64,000 bases of DNA from Camelus ferus. Taxonomy: Eukaryota. The stretch is from NCBI RefSeq assembly GCF_009834535.1, contig NC_045696.1:82338001-82402000 (forward strand). Reading direction: 5' to 3'. The notes below the pieces were generated by a model. It was not told the DNA's origin, searched no databases, and saw only the letters and a program-made list of their open reading frames with translations. This document shows positions 50,955 through 64,000 of the stretch, one piece after another (positions within the stretch are counted from its first letter, which is position 1; each line of letters opens with the position of its first letter). The translations under genes and the position numbers were made by a program.

Positions 50955-52556
50955 AGAAATACATCTGGGGAAGAAGCTTTTCTCAGGTTTAGGAGAAGAA
51001 AAGTAGAATTAATAATAGCCAGAGTGATAATAAGCTACCAAGAAGGGGAAAATAGCCCGAGTTTACCAAAGAAAATTGTGAGCCACTGATGGCACAAGTA
51101 TGAGTGGGGAATGTGAGATTTAAGGAGTCTGAATTTCTTGAAAATGAACTGTGGGTGGTTGGTGACTCAAGTCTTCAGATATTCCAGACTTTACTTTCCT
51201 GATTCAATAGGGTTTAATCCTATTTTCAATCAGTGGCTGAATTTCTAGATAGAGGTCAGTCAACATATGAGTTTTGGTCATATTTCACGTGTGAGGCATT
51301 GGGTTTCCTCTGGATTATTTCTGAGAGCCCTCCTCTGTTAGTGCTTTTGTGAGCCCTGGAGACCCTTCTGCCACCAGTCTCTCCCATTCTCTCATTTGTC
51401 CTCCATACCCCATCATACTGTCCAAAATACTTCTACTTCATACTTAGGCAGATTTTCAAGTATGTAAAAATATAAAGAGAATGTTCCAAAAGACCACCAT
51501 ACCCATTTTGCAGCTTCAACAATTATCAACATTTTGTAAATCTTCCTTTTTACCCCTTATTTCAAAGCAAATCCCAGATATTATATCCTTTTCATTCTTT
51601 AACGTATTTTTTACATTGCTACTTCCATTCAAAAATCATGTTTCCTTGTTTGTTTGAAAAATTTATTGTGAAATGTAGATATAAAAGAGTGTTTTAAATG
51701 CATAGGAATGCTTAAAATAAAACAAACAAAAAATAAAACAAGCATTCATATACTTACCTCCAATCTTAAGAAAAAGAACATTTATCTTTTTTTTTTCAAA
51801 AAAACAAAGATGGAATTTGACTTGTAGATCCTATGACGATAGTAAACTAGCACCTATTCTTGGCTCCCTCCCCTAAAGTCACCTCACATAAACTAGAGAA
51901 GTGAGTACATCATTGCTGCTGCCATCACCCCCAGAAACACTGGACTCTCAGTTCTGCCACATCCACCCTGAATAGTCAGACTGTCCTTGCCTCTGTGCAT
52001 CATCCCCTTGAGGTATAAAAATCCTGGGTTAGAGCATCTGATTGGCCAAGGCTAGATCACATGACTGTGCCCTGCCTGGGAATGGAAATCGGCTTCCTTG
52101 CTGATGACTCTGATGGTAGGAGGGGGCCCTGCCTTCATTCCTTTTATATTTTCCCCCAATGGGAAGGAGATTTAGATACTGAGCACAAAAAGGTAAAAGT
52201 CCATTGTATCAAGTGTAGATCTCTGTCAGGCCAGTCTTCTGAGCTCCAATTGGTACATCCAACATCCAACTTCTCACCACCATTTCGCTGTTCCCCAGGT
52301 GTCTCAGACTCAGCATATTCAACTCTGAGCCTGTCATCTTTCCTCAACTCCTTTTCTTCACCTCCTTTCTTTTACTTGGTGAGTGGCATTGCCACTCCCC
52401 AGTTCCCCAAATCAGAAACCCAGAGGTTATCTGGGAATTCCCTGATATCTTCCATATTTAGTTTTAACATCTTTTGAACGTATCTCCAGCCCACTTCCTT
52501 TGTCTCTATGTTCCCTGCCTGGTTCAGATCCTCAGCATCCTTTACCACAGTGGCTT

Positions 52557-52940
52557 TGTCTTAGTCTGGGTTTCTCCAGAAGCAGATACTGAAATAAAAA
52601 CAAGTAATTTATTTCAGAGGTGAAGTACACAGGATAGGGGAATGGGGATGTGCGACAAGGAAGAGAAAGCAGCCAAAAGGTCTTTTATCAAGCTGGCTGC
52701 CAATGTGGGCATCTGGAGCTTAATCCCATTGGTGCCAGCCCTCAGTCTCTGGTTGAGGGTGTGGCTGGAGCATGAATTCTCTGACACTTGGAGGTGTGGC
52801 AACAAAGTGAGCTGCAGCAGCAAGAGAAAGCTCTCAGGTGTGGAAATGCAAGTGCTGGCAGTTGGAGGACTGATGGTATGCACCAAATTTCTAGGGTTAG
52901 GCCCTGGTGGCATGTGATACAGGCCTTTAACTGTCCTATA
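52557..52940. mobile_element. Old MaLR/ERVL-like LTR
   Basis: TGTCTTAGTCTGGGTTTCTCCAGAAGCAGATACTGA terminus, apparently inserted within L2 sequence. Confidence 0.5.
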
Positions 52941-55713
52941 TTGTACCCTTCCCACTTACCCAATTATCTATTTTTCAGCCAGAGTGATATTTCTAAAATT
53001 GCAATCTGATCATGGCATGGCTCCATTGAAAATCCTTTTGAGGCTTTTCAAAGCTTTCTGTATAAGATTCAAATAATTTAGCAAAGCATGCAAGCCCTTT
53101 TCTTCATCATTTGTCTCTTACTTACCTCTTCAGTCTGATGTCTTACTACCTCCTCTTCCTATCCTCTCAAGATACTGTTCCATTCTTAATGAACCACTTG
53201 CACTTCGTTAGAATGTGCCACAGTCTTTCACGGTTCTGTACCTCTACAAGTGCTGGCTCCCTCCTTGGAATGCTCTTCCCGGCTCCTCTGCCAGTCTCCT
53301 TCCAGACTATGGAGCAGCTGAGCACGTGGGGCTCTGGGTAGACTACCAGAGTTTTAATCAGAGCAGAGAGAGAGGGGAGCAGAAGTATCCATATACCTAC
53401 ATATATATATGTGTGTTCCTTGTAAGACTTTATCCTGAAAATGTGTCCTGCTGCTAATAAAATAAAAATAGAAATGGAAAATGACTGAATTAGACTATCA
53501 AAACCAGTGCCATCAAATATTTGAATCATACAAATAACTCTCTTAGTTCAAATTCCTCACTGCTCACCAAGCAACCTTCTGGTTATAATATGATTTAAAT
53601 ATTAACTGCCTGCAGGGAAAGTGTGGGCCATACCAAAATGAGCATTCTTTTGTGTGTCGTAGTCATATTTTTTATTTAAATGAATAAAATTGCATTATGA
53701 TTTACATGTCAGTCCCCTGTGTATTTGGTTATCATGAAGTAGTCTCATTGAGCCTGTTAACTCTGGTGCACTGTGGAGATCAAATTTTTGAATCTGTAAA
53801 GCCAAGGACCATACACACCTTTGAGGACTGTGATGTCACCAAGGCAATGCCCACATGTTAGTTAGGTAACAAGCCAGCTGGTTTTCTTATGGCAACACCT
53901 GCTATTATTCTTCTTTTTAGTGTATAATGATTCAGGCCCACCTAATTGTTGTTGATTTATTGATTTACAAGCCATGCTTTAAACATACCACCTTTGGTGT
54001 CCAAAAATGTTGCCAGTAGGTGTCAGAAGGACTTTTTGTGTGTGTGCCTTACTTTTCTGTTAGTGGTTATATGTGGAACTATATATATAAGCCATGAACA
54101 TCTTCTCATTCAATTTTCTCTTTGACCTATGTATTTTTGAGGCTGCTGATTGAATAGGCTGCACTGCTGAAAAGAATTTATCTTGGACAATATGCAAGCT
54201 GGGTGATTCACACAGACTGACTCTGTGGCCTTATCCAACGAGTCAGCCTAGACAAAATGATTGAATCCTAGGTTTAAGAATAAAAGGATTCTATTTTTCC
54301 AAAAAACCTCATGTAGTAGAGAGTGTTGCAGGGGAAGATTAATCTTCTATGATTAAGTAGTTCCATAGGGATGTTAAACTAATAAGTGTCAAAAAATTAG
54401 AAGAATAATTGTTTCAGGTTAGTAATATGTGGTTCTATTCACTCATTTTGTGCAAGCTGAAGAATGTCTAAATAAAATGTCACCCGTCCACACTTTAAGT
54501 AAGTTATATTATTAGCTCTAAATATCTATCCTGAGAAGTTTGTGCTCTTAAACATATTAAATAAGTCCATACTAAACTCAGCTTAGAAGGTAATTCAAGA
54601 AAGATCATCTCTCCTGATTAGATGTGGAACAGAAAACATTTGATTTGCAACAACTAATTTGATGTTCTATATCTTGGTTTACCAAACAAGAACTTGATCC
54701 AGAATTTGATATATGGAGTGTAGCCACCTTTCAGAAGAGATACCCTTGAGCAGATAAAACCCTCCCACTCATGGTCCTCTTTCTCTTTCCTTTTCCTCGG
54801 GCTGGATGCAGATAATGATGCCCTGAAGAATGGCAGAGCCACAGTCTGGAAGAAGCTTGGGTCCCTGAATTACCATGTGGAGGAGACCCAAGGCACTGGC
54901 TTAAATTCCCTACTGGGACTGTTTTAGAAGTAAAAATAAATATTCTATTGTTGGAGCCATTACTTGCTTTTTGTCATGCCAATTAGTCTACCCTAACTGA
55001 TATGTTATGAGAAATAGAATGTGTGAAGTTAATGATATCAGAGGGACATAAGAAGTCACCAGGACTCTGAGATGAAATAAAAAAGCAAGGAGAGGGGAAC
55101 TTCAACATGTTTACAAAAGTGGGAGTTTGACCAAAAAGAATTAAATTTTGGTAAATGCAAACAGTACATGCATCATTCCTGTTTACGCTGGTGCCCATCT
55201 CATATTATAATTTGAGAACAATCACACAAAAATGAAATAAATAGACATTAGAGGTCTAGCGTGCTCTTGTTCTAGCTAGATTTACCTGCAGAAAATGTCT
55301 AGAGTAGGGTGGAGTGGTAGTGGTTGTGCTGAGACAAAAGATGGAGTGAAACAGGAAAGAAGTTGAAGAATGTATAAAAAGGTTAATTTGAGCCTGCATG
55401 TTTGTGATATTGGTAGGAATACTGAGGGTTTGTTTAGCAATAGACTTTGGCCAAAGTCACTGAAGATAATAAGCCACACCATGCCATGTCCCCCTGGTCA
55501 TCATGATGGACTTTGCTGTCAAGGATGGACCTTGGGCTAGAAAATGATGACTCTCCTGGTGATCTATGTAAACTGGCCTGGGATTGTGGCATTTGGGGCA
55601 GCTACTGCTTGGATAGCCATCTGTACTTCCAGGAGGATGGGCCCACTGAGGGGTAGTGGAGTGGCACAAGGAGGCAACAGTATGATACATTTTTAAAAAT
55701 AGCCACTTTCTTA

Positions 55714-56165
55714 TACATTTATTTATTTATTTAGAAATACTGTCTTTTTTAAATTGAAGAATAGTTAATTTACAATGTTGTGTTAGTTTCATGTGTACAG
55801 CAAAGTGACTCAGTTATACATATATCTATTCCTCTTCAGATTCTTTTCTATTATAGGTTATTAAAAGATATTGAATATAGTTCCCCATGCTATACAGTAG
55901 GTCCTTTTTGTCTATTTTATGTATAGTAGTGTGCATCTGTTAATCCCAAGCTCCCAGTTTATCCCTACCCCCTTTCCCCTTTGTAACCATAAGTTTGTTT
56001 TCTATGTCTGTGAGTCTATTTCTGTTTTTTAAATAAGTTTTTAAGATTCCATGTATAAGTGATATCATATATTTGTCTTTCTCTGTCTCATTTACTTCAC
56101 TTAAAATGATAATCTCTAGGTCCATACATGTTGATGCAAATGGTATTATTTCATTCTTCTTTATT
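55714..56165 (-). mobile_element. Lineage L1 3' end with TSD
   Basis: Encodes an L1 ORF2-tail-like peptide (MDLEIIILSEVN..EKDKYMISL). T-rich tail. TSD TAG(C/T)CACTTTCTTA at 55700-55713 and 56166-56179. Confidence 0.9.
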
Positions 56166-57896
56166 TAGTCACTTTCTTACTTAAGGACATGTATATTTTC
56201 ACTCTTTTGCTAGTACAAACAATCCTTCAGTGAGCAACCCTGAATTTTAATATGTCTTTCTGCATGGGATATGAGTGTATCTGAAGGTAAGTTACTAGAT
56301 GTGAAATGTATTTGACTTTTTAAAAATTATATAATTTTTGCTATTAATTTTCTTAATCTCTCAATATTTTAATAGTTAAAAAAGCAATAAAATTATATAA
56401 CAGGATCATTTGGCAGGAAGTAACAAAAAACCCAGCTCCCAGTTATTAAGGAAAATAAAAGGAACAGTATGGTGACTTCAGGCTTGATTTAGTCAGTGGC
56501 TCAACAGTGTCTCAGACTGAGGCTGTCTCCATCTCTCCACTTTGTATCACAAGCACATGCCTAGATCAGTCATTGTGAGGGGAATTGGACCATCATCATG
56601 GTCTTAGACCAATCAGGACTCATCTTCTAGGGTTTAGGTAGGACCAACCTCCCTGATGCAAAAGGCAAAGGAAGGAAAGCACATACCTATAAGCAACCCA
56701 GGTTCTATAAGAATGGGAAAAGGGAAGAATGGTTGTTGGCTAGACATCTCACAATGTTTACTACAGATTATGTTTGCTATGTCTTCTTTCAGAAAAATCT
56801 GCTTTTAACATACTTCAAAATTGGATTTCTTATCCATTTTGAGTAATATTTCTATCAATATGTAATGGTGATATTATTGAACTGTTGATAACCACATATA
56901 CAGCCACAGCTGTATATTCAAAATAAGGTTACTTCCAGTTTAAGGGATTAATACTAACATAGGTTTAAAAGATATTTTTAAAAACCTTTCCTGTTCTTTT
57001 GAAACCAGGTCACTAAATCTCTCTTATAATGGTTGCAGCTGAAAGACCAAATTTGTATACGAGAAATGTTGTTTTAAGTTTGTAAATCTTTATGTTGATT
57101 TAAAATGGAAATACTTCTGCTTGTATGCTAACTCATATTGTATTGGCCAACTCATATTTTAAAATGCTAATTTGGCCTTGAAGATTTATTCATACATTTT
57201 TTGAGTAGACAAATGCTGCACATTAATTAAATTTGACTTACAGACAGCTTATTGGCTTCATGTAGGTTCAAAAATTTAAATGCTATTTTTCATTATAGCT
57301 GCAGGCTCTCATGTCTACTCATTGCAAACTGTGGCTAATTTAACCCTTTGTTTTGGTGTTTTAAAGACATTAATTATCTCAGAGGAAGAGGAAAGGGAAC
57401 ACTGTAGAATTAAAAGTGTAATAGAAACAACTGAGGTGTAGGATATGGTTGGGAAAGTTTCAAAACCGGAGTCCTTTGTCCACTGATAAAGAGATTTCTG
57501 GGAAAGGCTTTGTTTTCCCTCCTCTTCATTCTTCTTCTTCCTTCCTCCTGTCAGGAGGCATAAGGCTCGAGATGAAGCTGCTCCCTGGCAGCCTGGAGAG
57601 ACAAGCCCTATGTTAGTGATGGTGAAGATATTTGGAGCTAGAGCCTGGGTGGCTCTGAATTGCCAATCTCTGGCTCTAATTTGGGGAAGAATCTTACACT
57701 GTTTAGTTAAGCCACTGTAAGTGGATTTTTTATTTGGATGTAGCTAAATGCCATTCTGATACGCCTGCATCTTAACTGATAGTCCTGCTCAGACTACTAT
57801 CTCCTCAAAGGTAGAGCCTAGGCCCTTATTTCTGAACCCTGACTATACCTAATGTTTGGTACATAGTAAATATTTCCTCTAATGCTAAAAATGGTA

Positions 57897-58005
57897 TTCA
57901 GTGGTAGAGTATGTGCTTAGTGTGCATGAGTCCTGAGTTCAGTCCCTGGTACCCCTATTAAATAAATAAATAAACCTAATTACTCGCACCCCCCCCCAAA
58001 AAAAA
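57897..58005 (+). mobile_element. Vic-1-like SINE, 5' end degenerate or truncated
   Basis: TCAGTGGTAGAGTATGTGCTTAGTGTGCATGAGTCCTGAGTTCAGTCCC...TAAATAAACCTAATTAC...CCCCCAAAAAAAA. Confidence 0.8.
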
Positions 58006-59289
58006 CCTCTTAAATCTGTTTCAACTCTGAGATTTTATGGTTTTATTCTGTTAACCACTTATGGTGTTTGCTCTCACTCCAGCCTATACCCTCCTCCTGA
58101 GCCATTCTATTGCATGCCATTTTAAAGGAACCCCCAAACTGAGAAGCAGAGGTTGGTCTCCACTTCTCAGTAATATGGGTTAGTGCTGAAATTACCTTCC
58201 TTGCTTAATAAACTTCTAGCCATTTATCCACATTTGTTCTTGTTTCCATTTCGTACATGGGACCTGTAAAGACTTTTCAACATGAGACTGAAATTTTAGA
58301 TTCCTTTGAATGTGGTTTCACTCAGAAAACACTTAAAACAATAATTTTGACTTAGGAATTTAATATATTAACAGCTGCCGGTGTTAGTCATCAAATTTGC
58401 CTCCTTGAGAGGCTGCCCTGGGCCTCAGGTAAAATTCATCATCCTCCTAGATAAAAATGCATTTCCTTAGACCCTGACTTGTGCCCCAGGGGACCGATCA
58501 GGCTGATGGTGATGATTATTGTAATGAGCAGTGATTACTGTTGGCTGAACACTGATTCCAGAATTTCTGAAGTCAAAAAGAAAGAAAAACATATCCAGCT
58601 ATTATTACAGCAGGGAAGAGAACTTGATTCCATAAGACGTTTGTTGTTTAACTCCCATTAACAGTAAAGGATTATACATGTGCATTTCTCACTCATCAAT
58701 AGCTTCAAAGAATTCAAAATGGGCATCTCCCAATTAGTTTCTGAAAGCATAAGTAGTGTTATCACTCAGAAGGAGGCAAAATTAATGTCCTTTTATTAAA
58801 AGGAAGTTCAGTGGAAAAATAGTCACTTCTTAAATTAACCATAGAAGAGCTTTTACACTATGAGAAGTAAGGACCAGAACACTTAGATCATCACTAAAAT
58901 TACTCCAAGTCATAGATGATGATGGGTTAAACATTCACAAAAAAGAAGAAAGAAGTCCCATGAGTTGGTGGCTTCTTGTTGAGCTGGAAGAACATGGAAT
59001 ATATAATTCAAATTTCTCTGGGCCATGTGACTTAGTCAAAGAGCCCTAGATGTTAGAGCTAGAGCTAAATTAGTGACTATACTCACCAAATTTCAAACCT
59101 CTTCAAAGGACATTTGAAAAAGCCAGTAATACTTACCTGTGCAACCCAGGCACTACCCTTAAAGATGAGGTATTGTTTTTAGACTTCCTCAGAATTTGTC
59201 TCACCCAAAGGCTTTTCCTTATTGAACTAATCCCTAGAGATGATCTTTTACAGTTGCTCTACCTATCCTTGAAATGTCAACTAAAATCA

Positions 59290-60600
59290 CTTCATTTGTT
59301 GAACAAGTGCCATGAAGAAAAGAAAACTAAGTAACATAGTAAAAAGTGATGGGTTGGATGGTGGCTGCTATAGAATGAATGGTCAGGGAAAGGAAGTGAC
59401 TTTTGAGCTAAGCTAAGAAGGAGCTGGAAAACAGAAGTTCTAGGAGGTAAATGTTTTAGGCAGACCGAGACATGAAGACTTCAAGATTTTTCTCGAGTAC
59501 AGAGTGACTAGGGAATGTACAGGAGCCCCCTATGCTGGAACAAAGGTGGGAGTGGCTGAGCGGGGCTGATCTGAAATGAGGTTTGATGAGTAGGCAAGGG
59601 TCAGATCAGACAGGCCTTAGGAAAGAATTAGAATATATTCTAAGTGGAAAGCTGGTGGATCATGACCTGATCTCATCTATGTTTTTAAAAGACAAATACA
59701 TTGTTGTGTAGAAAATGGATGCTGTTAGGTAAGAGAGGAGATGTAAGACTGTCAGGAGGGTGTTGGGTTAAGTCTCATTGAAGAATGATGGCAATTAGAC
59801 TGGAGTGATAGGAAACGGAGAGAGGTGAGTGGATTCAGGATATATTTTGGAAGAACAGCCAACAAAACCTGATGAATTTCACATAGGGTATGTGGGAAAG
59901 GGAAGAATCAGGGCTTGAACTGAGTGGATGATGTTGTCATTTAGTGAAATGGGCAGACTGGAGAAGGACCAGATTATTTTGTGGAGTTAGGAAAAAAGTT
60001 GTGGACATATTAAGTTTAAGGTTCCTCTTAGATATCTCAGAAAATTTGTTTGGAAAGTGAAGCTGAATTTGTTAATAATGTTTTTACTGGATTATTGAGG
60101 AAGTGGGGAGAGACACCAAAGACAACCTTTTTAAAGTTTTAAATTGAAGAGAAGCAGTGATATGATGTGATAGCCAAGATGAATGTGGAGTTCAGGAAGG
60201 TTTGTTCTGTTTTAAGATAGAAGATACTGCAGCATATTTGTAAACTGTGGGAAGAAGTTGGCAATGCATTCCTACAAAGGGAAGAATGAAGTACCTCAAA
60301 ATGCAAGAGAAGAAGAGCTCAAGAGAAAACTGGAGGGTTGAACTTTGGGGGGAGCACTATCACTTCATCCACAGCCAAGAGAGGGAGGGTAGAAAGAGTG
60401 TGACTATGGGTGTGGGTGATTTTGTAGATTTGGAGGTTGGAAAATGAGGAATTCCCTATGATACCTGCATTTTCCCAGTGAATTATGATGCAATGTCATC
60501 AGCCAAGAATGGTGGGGAGGGGAAGGGAATATAGGAGATTTGGGGGAGAGAATAGAAGATGTTGAGGGGGAACTGAAAATCTGAAAACATAATAGTTTCT
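59290..60600 (-). mobile_element. L2 LINE fragment
   Basis: Purine-rich antisense L2, e.g. GAGAGGTGAGTGGATTCAGGATATATTTTGGAAG and GGACATATTAAGTTTAAG. Confidence 0.7.
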
Positions 60601-63298
60601 GAACTGTGCTGTGTGCCCAACTCAGATTTGTGATCACGGACTTACAGTTAAAACAACCAACATGGTTGGTTACATGTTTTTCCCTAGGAATCTTCTGGAG
60701 GTCTAGTCCAGACATGGAGTAGTTGTAGCAGTGAGTGTACTGGTGTTAGGGGACTTCACCACGTGAACATGATGGGGGTGGGGTGGGGAAGACCAAGTGT
60801 TGGCCCATGATTATAATGATGGACCATGGGAATCTGGATACCAGGACATGGTGATGAATGGTAAAAAAGCAGTTGGATTGACCGAGCAAGTATCTCTATG
60901 AGGGCAAAAACTTATTGTGAAGAGGGTACTTGTGTAAGTAAGTGGGAGTCATCTGGGAAGCTCTTAACACATAGGGTTGTTCATGCCCCACTTCTAAAGT
61001 TTCTCATTTCATTGTTTGTGATTGGAACTTCAGCATGAGTGTTTTAAAAGAGCTTTGTAGGTGATTTAGGTGCAACTCTGATTAAGAACCACCATGTCAC
61101 AGGAAGATGGACCATCAGTTCATGCTTGAGGACTGAGTGGTTAGCAGATAGAGGGGTCCACAGACCTACTGTTGGTTGTGTGTGGCCTGGGAGCGATCTG
61201 GGAATGCACAAGGGTTTCCTCCTCCCCTGATTGGTGTCCAAGAGGGAAAATTTGAATGTAACTACGGTAGATATCAACTGAGATGATAATCCCAGCTGTT
61301 AATGTGAGTACGTTTCCATTGTTGCAAACATGGACCCCGGGGCTCTCTAAGCTTGCAGTGGTGAGACAGCCTGAGAGAGTGAACGACCCTCCTACCAGCG
61401 TGGCCCAGCCCTGTGAGGACCCTCTCAAAGCATCCTAGTCACAGGTGCTCTGAGGTGGTTCATGAGACCTCTCCTCTCTTTCAATGTGGAGGAATAAATA
61501 TCACCCTTGTGTGTGTATGGTCAAAAGTGATAAAAGAAAACAATAGCAAAGCCACCCAAAGTGCAAATTCCCAATCACCCTCTTCTACCCATTTTACAGA
61601 TTAAAAACATGACAAGGTGTCACTTATGGCTTAATAAGATTAAAAGAATTTTTAAAATACTAAACAAAAATATCATGACGGAAGAGTTTCAGAAACAGTC
61701 CTATAAATAGCAAAGTGCTTTTGTGATACACAACCCTGGTTCCTTGTCTTGTTGAACTTTGCACCCAGGAGTTGGCCAGGGTCACCCCAAGAGCCAGCAG
61801 AAGGCTAGCTTCATGTAAGGTCACATATGGATGGGCCCTTCTGCACTGAATCCTTCTAGGTACAGGAACCAGAGAGGTAAGCACCTAGGTTACAGACTCA
61901 GCACTGAGCCTCTTACCTGTGTGGCTGTGAAATAACCAAGTGGCAGAAAACAGATGTGAAATCAAAGAGAACTCAGGAAAGATGCCATGTAGTGTTCAGC
62001 TATGGGTGAGCCTGAAAGTTAGGAGCACCAAGTAAAGTCAAATGTAGCCAAAGAACTCACAGAGCTTTCTTAAGCAGGGCTTTCACTGCTCAGTCCCATA
62101 ACTGTGAAGGCAGTAGGGTGAGCAGCAGCTCGACGGAAAAAAAAGTATAAACATTTTATAAGAAAATAAACTGTGAGGCTTTTAAAATGTTAAAGGATGC
62201 TTTCTGTTGGTTTTAATCTAAAATAGAATTTATCAAAAAGAAATGAAAATGATCAGTCTCCAGAGGGGTAAACTAAAGGGTAAATTTGAATATAACTACA
62301 GTAAATATTCACTGGGATGATAATCCTAACTGTTAACATGACTACATTTCCTTTGTTACAAACATTTGGTTTAACTTAATCCTCAGAATATATTAATGCC
62401 AAAAGGAATCTCATTGACAAGAGCTAATGCATTGGTTACTCTTAAAACTATCCCTTTTTAACTGTTGACTTACTGGTAGTGTTCGTCATGGGAAAGACTA
62501 TTTTTATTGCCATTGTTATCAGTCTCAGTGAAGTTCAGAGATATTTGCTTGTAGTCACTGTAGCTTATTCCTTTGCTGGTTAGAATCCACATGTGTGAAC
62601 AAGAGACGCAGAGGTTCGGGTGATGCTATATTTCTATCTGATGACAGCATGACTGTGATTGGATCCTTTGAAAAATGTTTGGCTGGGCTTCCAATCCAGA
62701 TTCTTTTGACTAAAGCCAACAGGCAAAAAGAAGCAGAAACAAAAGGCACAGTGAACTCATTAAAAATGTTTTTTATATGATAAGCCTTGCAAGGCAGTGT
62801 GAGTGAGGGCGATGTGGTGGGTAGGGGCTCTCCAACACTTCCCTCCAGCTTCTGGGATACTCTCACAACTCAGGTTGGCAAGCATCTCTCAACATCTCAG
62901 AACCATTAAAGAAACAAAGCAGAAAGAATCACAAGGCTCCCTCAAATCTAGCATTTCAATGAAATAATATAACATGGTAGAAAGACCTTTGGGCAAAAAG
63001 AGATTCAGGAAAAGCAGGTTCAGCCAACAAATAGAAAAGTCATCTCGGTTAAGACATTTCCTTTCAGGGCCTTGGTTTTCTAATCTGTAAAAAGAGAGAG
63101 GTCTAGCATATCAAAGGTTTGCAAATAGTGCTTTTCTGGACCCTTCAGGAAAGGAGTAGATGGGGGACCCTACCAAGAATACTGTTTTAGGTATTGGAGT
63201 TTTCTCTACTGAAAGATTTCTACTATCAAAACATTTCACAAACTGCTAGATTAGATGTTTTTTAAGGTCTCTTTGAGAATTAATACTTTGAATTCACA

Positions 63299-63810
63299 GC
63301 AGTGGTTTCCAAATTTTTTTTGTCATGCATACTAATCAGTAAAAAGATTTTGCCATGTATTTCCAAAATAAATATTCAAAAATTACATATGTGTATTACT
63401 GTAAAATATATCCCTTATAACGCGTTTCCCCCCAAATGGAAATGTCAGAAGAGATAAAGATGAAACTTTTAAAGTCAATCATAAATTTGTGTTTTGACAA
63501 TTAACGCCTTTCATCATCAATAATGATACTTTTATTATTTTACATTATTAATATTAATGTTAAAGCTCTTCGTGAGAGTAAATATGCATACATCATTTCT
63601 GATTTGTTGGTCATTGTTTTTAACATTACTGCATGGTTCTTGCTAATTTTCTAATACAATAGTAGGGCTTCTGGTAGATCTTCAATATTAATAGTACTTT
63701 CTGTCAAAAATTAAATAAACAATCTACAGCTTTAGGATTTTCTGAATGATTCAAAGATCACAAAAAGTTGAAAGATAGTAAATTCAATGTTCTTAATTCC
63801 AGATAAAAAA
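63299..63810. mobile_element. Probable hAT-Charlie DNA transposon fragment
   Basis: CAGTGGTTTCCAAA Charlie-type terminal repeat followed by an AT-rich body. Confidence 0.4.
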
Positions 63811-63844
63811 AAATTCACTCTGGCTAGTTTATGCAGAAACATTT

Positions 63845-64000
63845 AATTAAATCTATAGATTGGTTTGGGTAGTATGAACAATTTAACAATACTAATTCTT
63901 CCAATCCATGAACACGGGGTATCTTTCCATTTATTTGTATCATATTCAATTTCCTTCATCAATGTCTTATAGTTTTCAGAGTACAGGGCTTTCACTTCCT
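63845..64000 (-). mobile_element. L1 ORF2 fragment running off the window
   Basis: ATCTATAGATTGGTTTGGGTAGTATG...TTCTTCCAATCCATGAACACGGGGTATCTTTCCATTTATTTG. Confidence 0.85.

Noticed and set aside
55940..56125. 61-aa ORF MDLEIIILSE...
   Set aside because: Remnant of the L1 ORF2 end and 3' UTR inside a truncated L1.

Overview
Mammalian genomic DNA, very probably a camelid given five Vic-1-like tRNA-derived SINEs. It is orthologous to the human 3q26.2 MYNN-ACTRT3-TERC locus. The left 21 kb holds four genes. MYNN (BTB + 8 C2H2 zinc fingers) is on the minus strand, with one non-coding and six coding exons here; its last exon lies left of the window. It is followed by an intact tRNA-Val(AAC) gene (-), the two-exon actin-related gene ACTRT3 (+, 372 aa) and the telomerase RNA TERC (+, ~440 nt, template CTAACCCTAAC at nt 46-56). 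The right 43 kb has no credible protein-coding gene. It is a repeat-rich intergenic stretch (L1, L2, MIR, MaLR/ERV LTRs, Tigger/hAT elements) that by human synteny should run toward MECOM. The most unusual observation is a young 150-bp LTR-like fragment with AATAAA, an A26 tail and a perfect 18-bp target-site duplication, i.e. a likely L1-mobilised ERV transcript. Other notable points: the human hTERP ORF inside TERC is broken here, the TERC template has an in-register 12th nucleotide, the TERC promoter has an 18-bp palindrome around a BANP motif, divergent CTCF motifs lie downstream of TERC, and there are candidate MEIS/PBX-HOX and RFX enhancer clusters. Repeat family names and human comparisons are from memory and were not searched.
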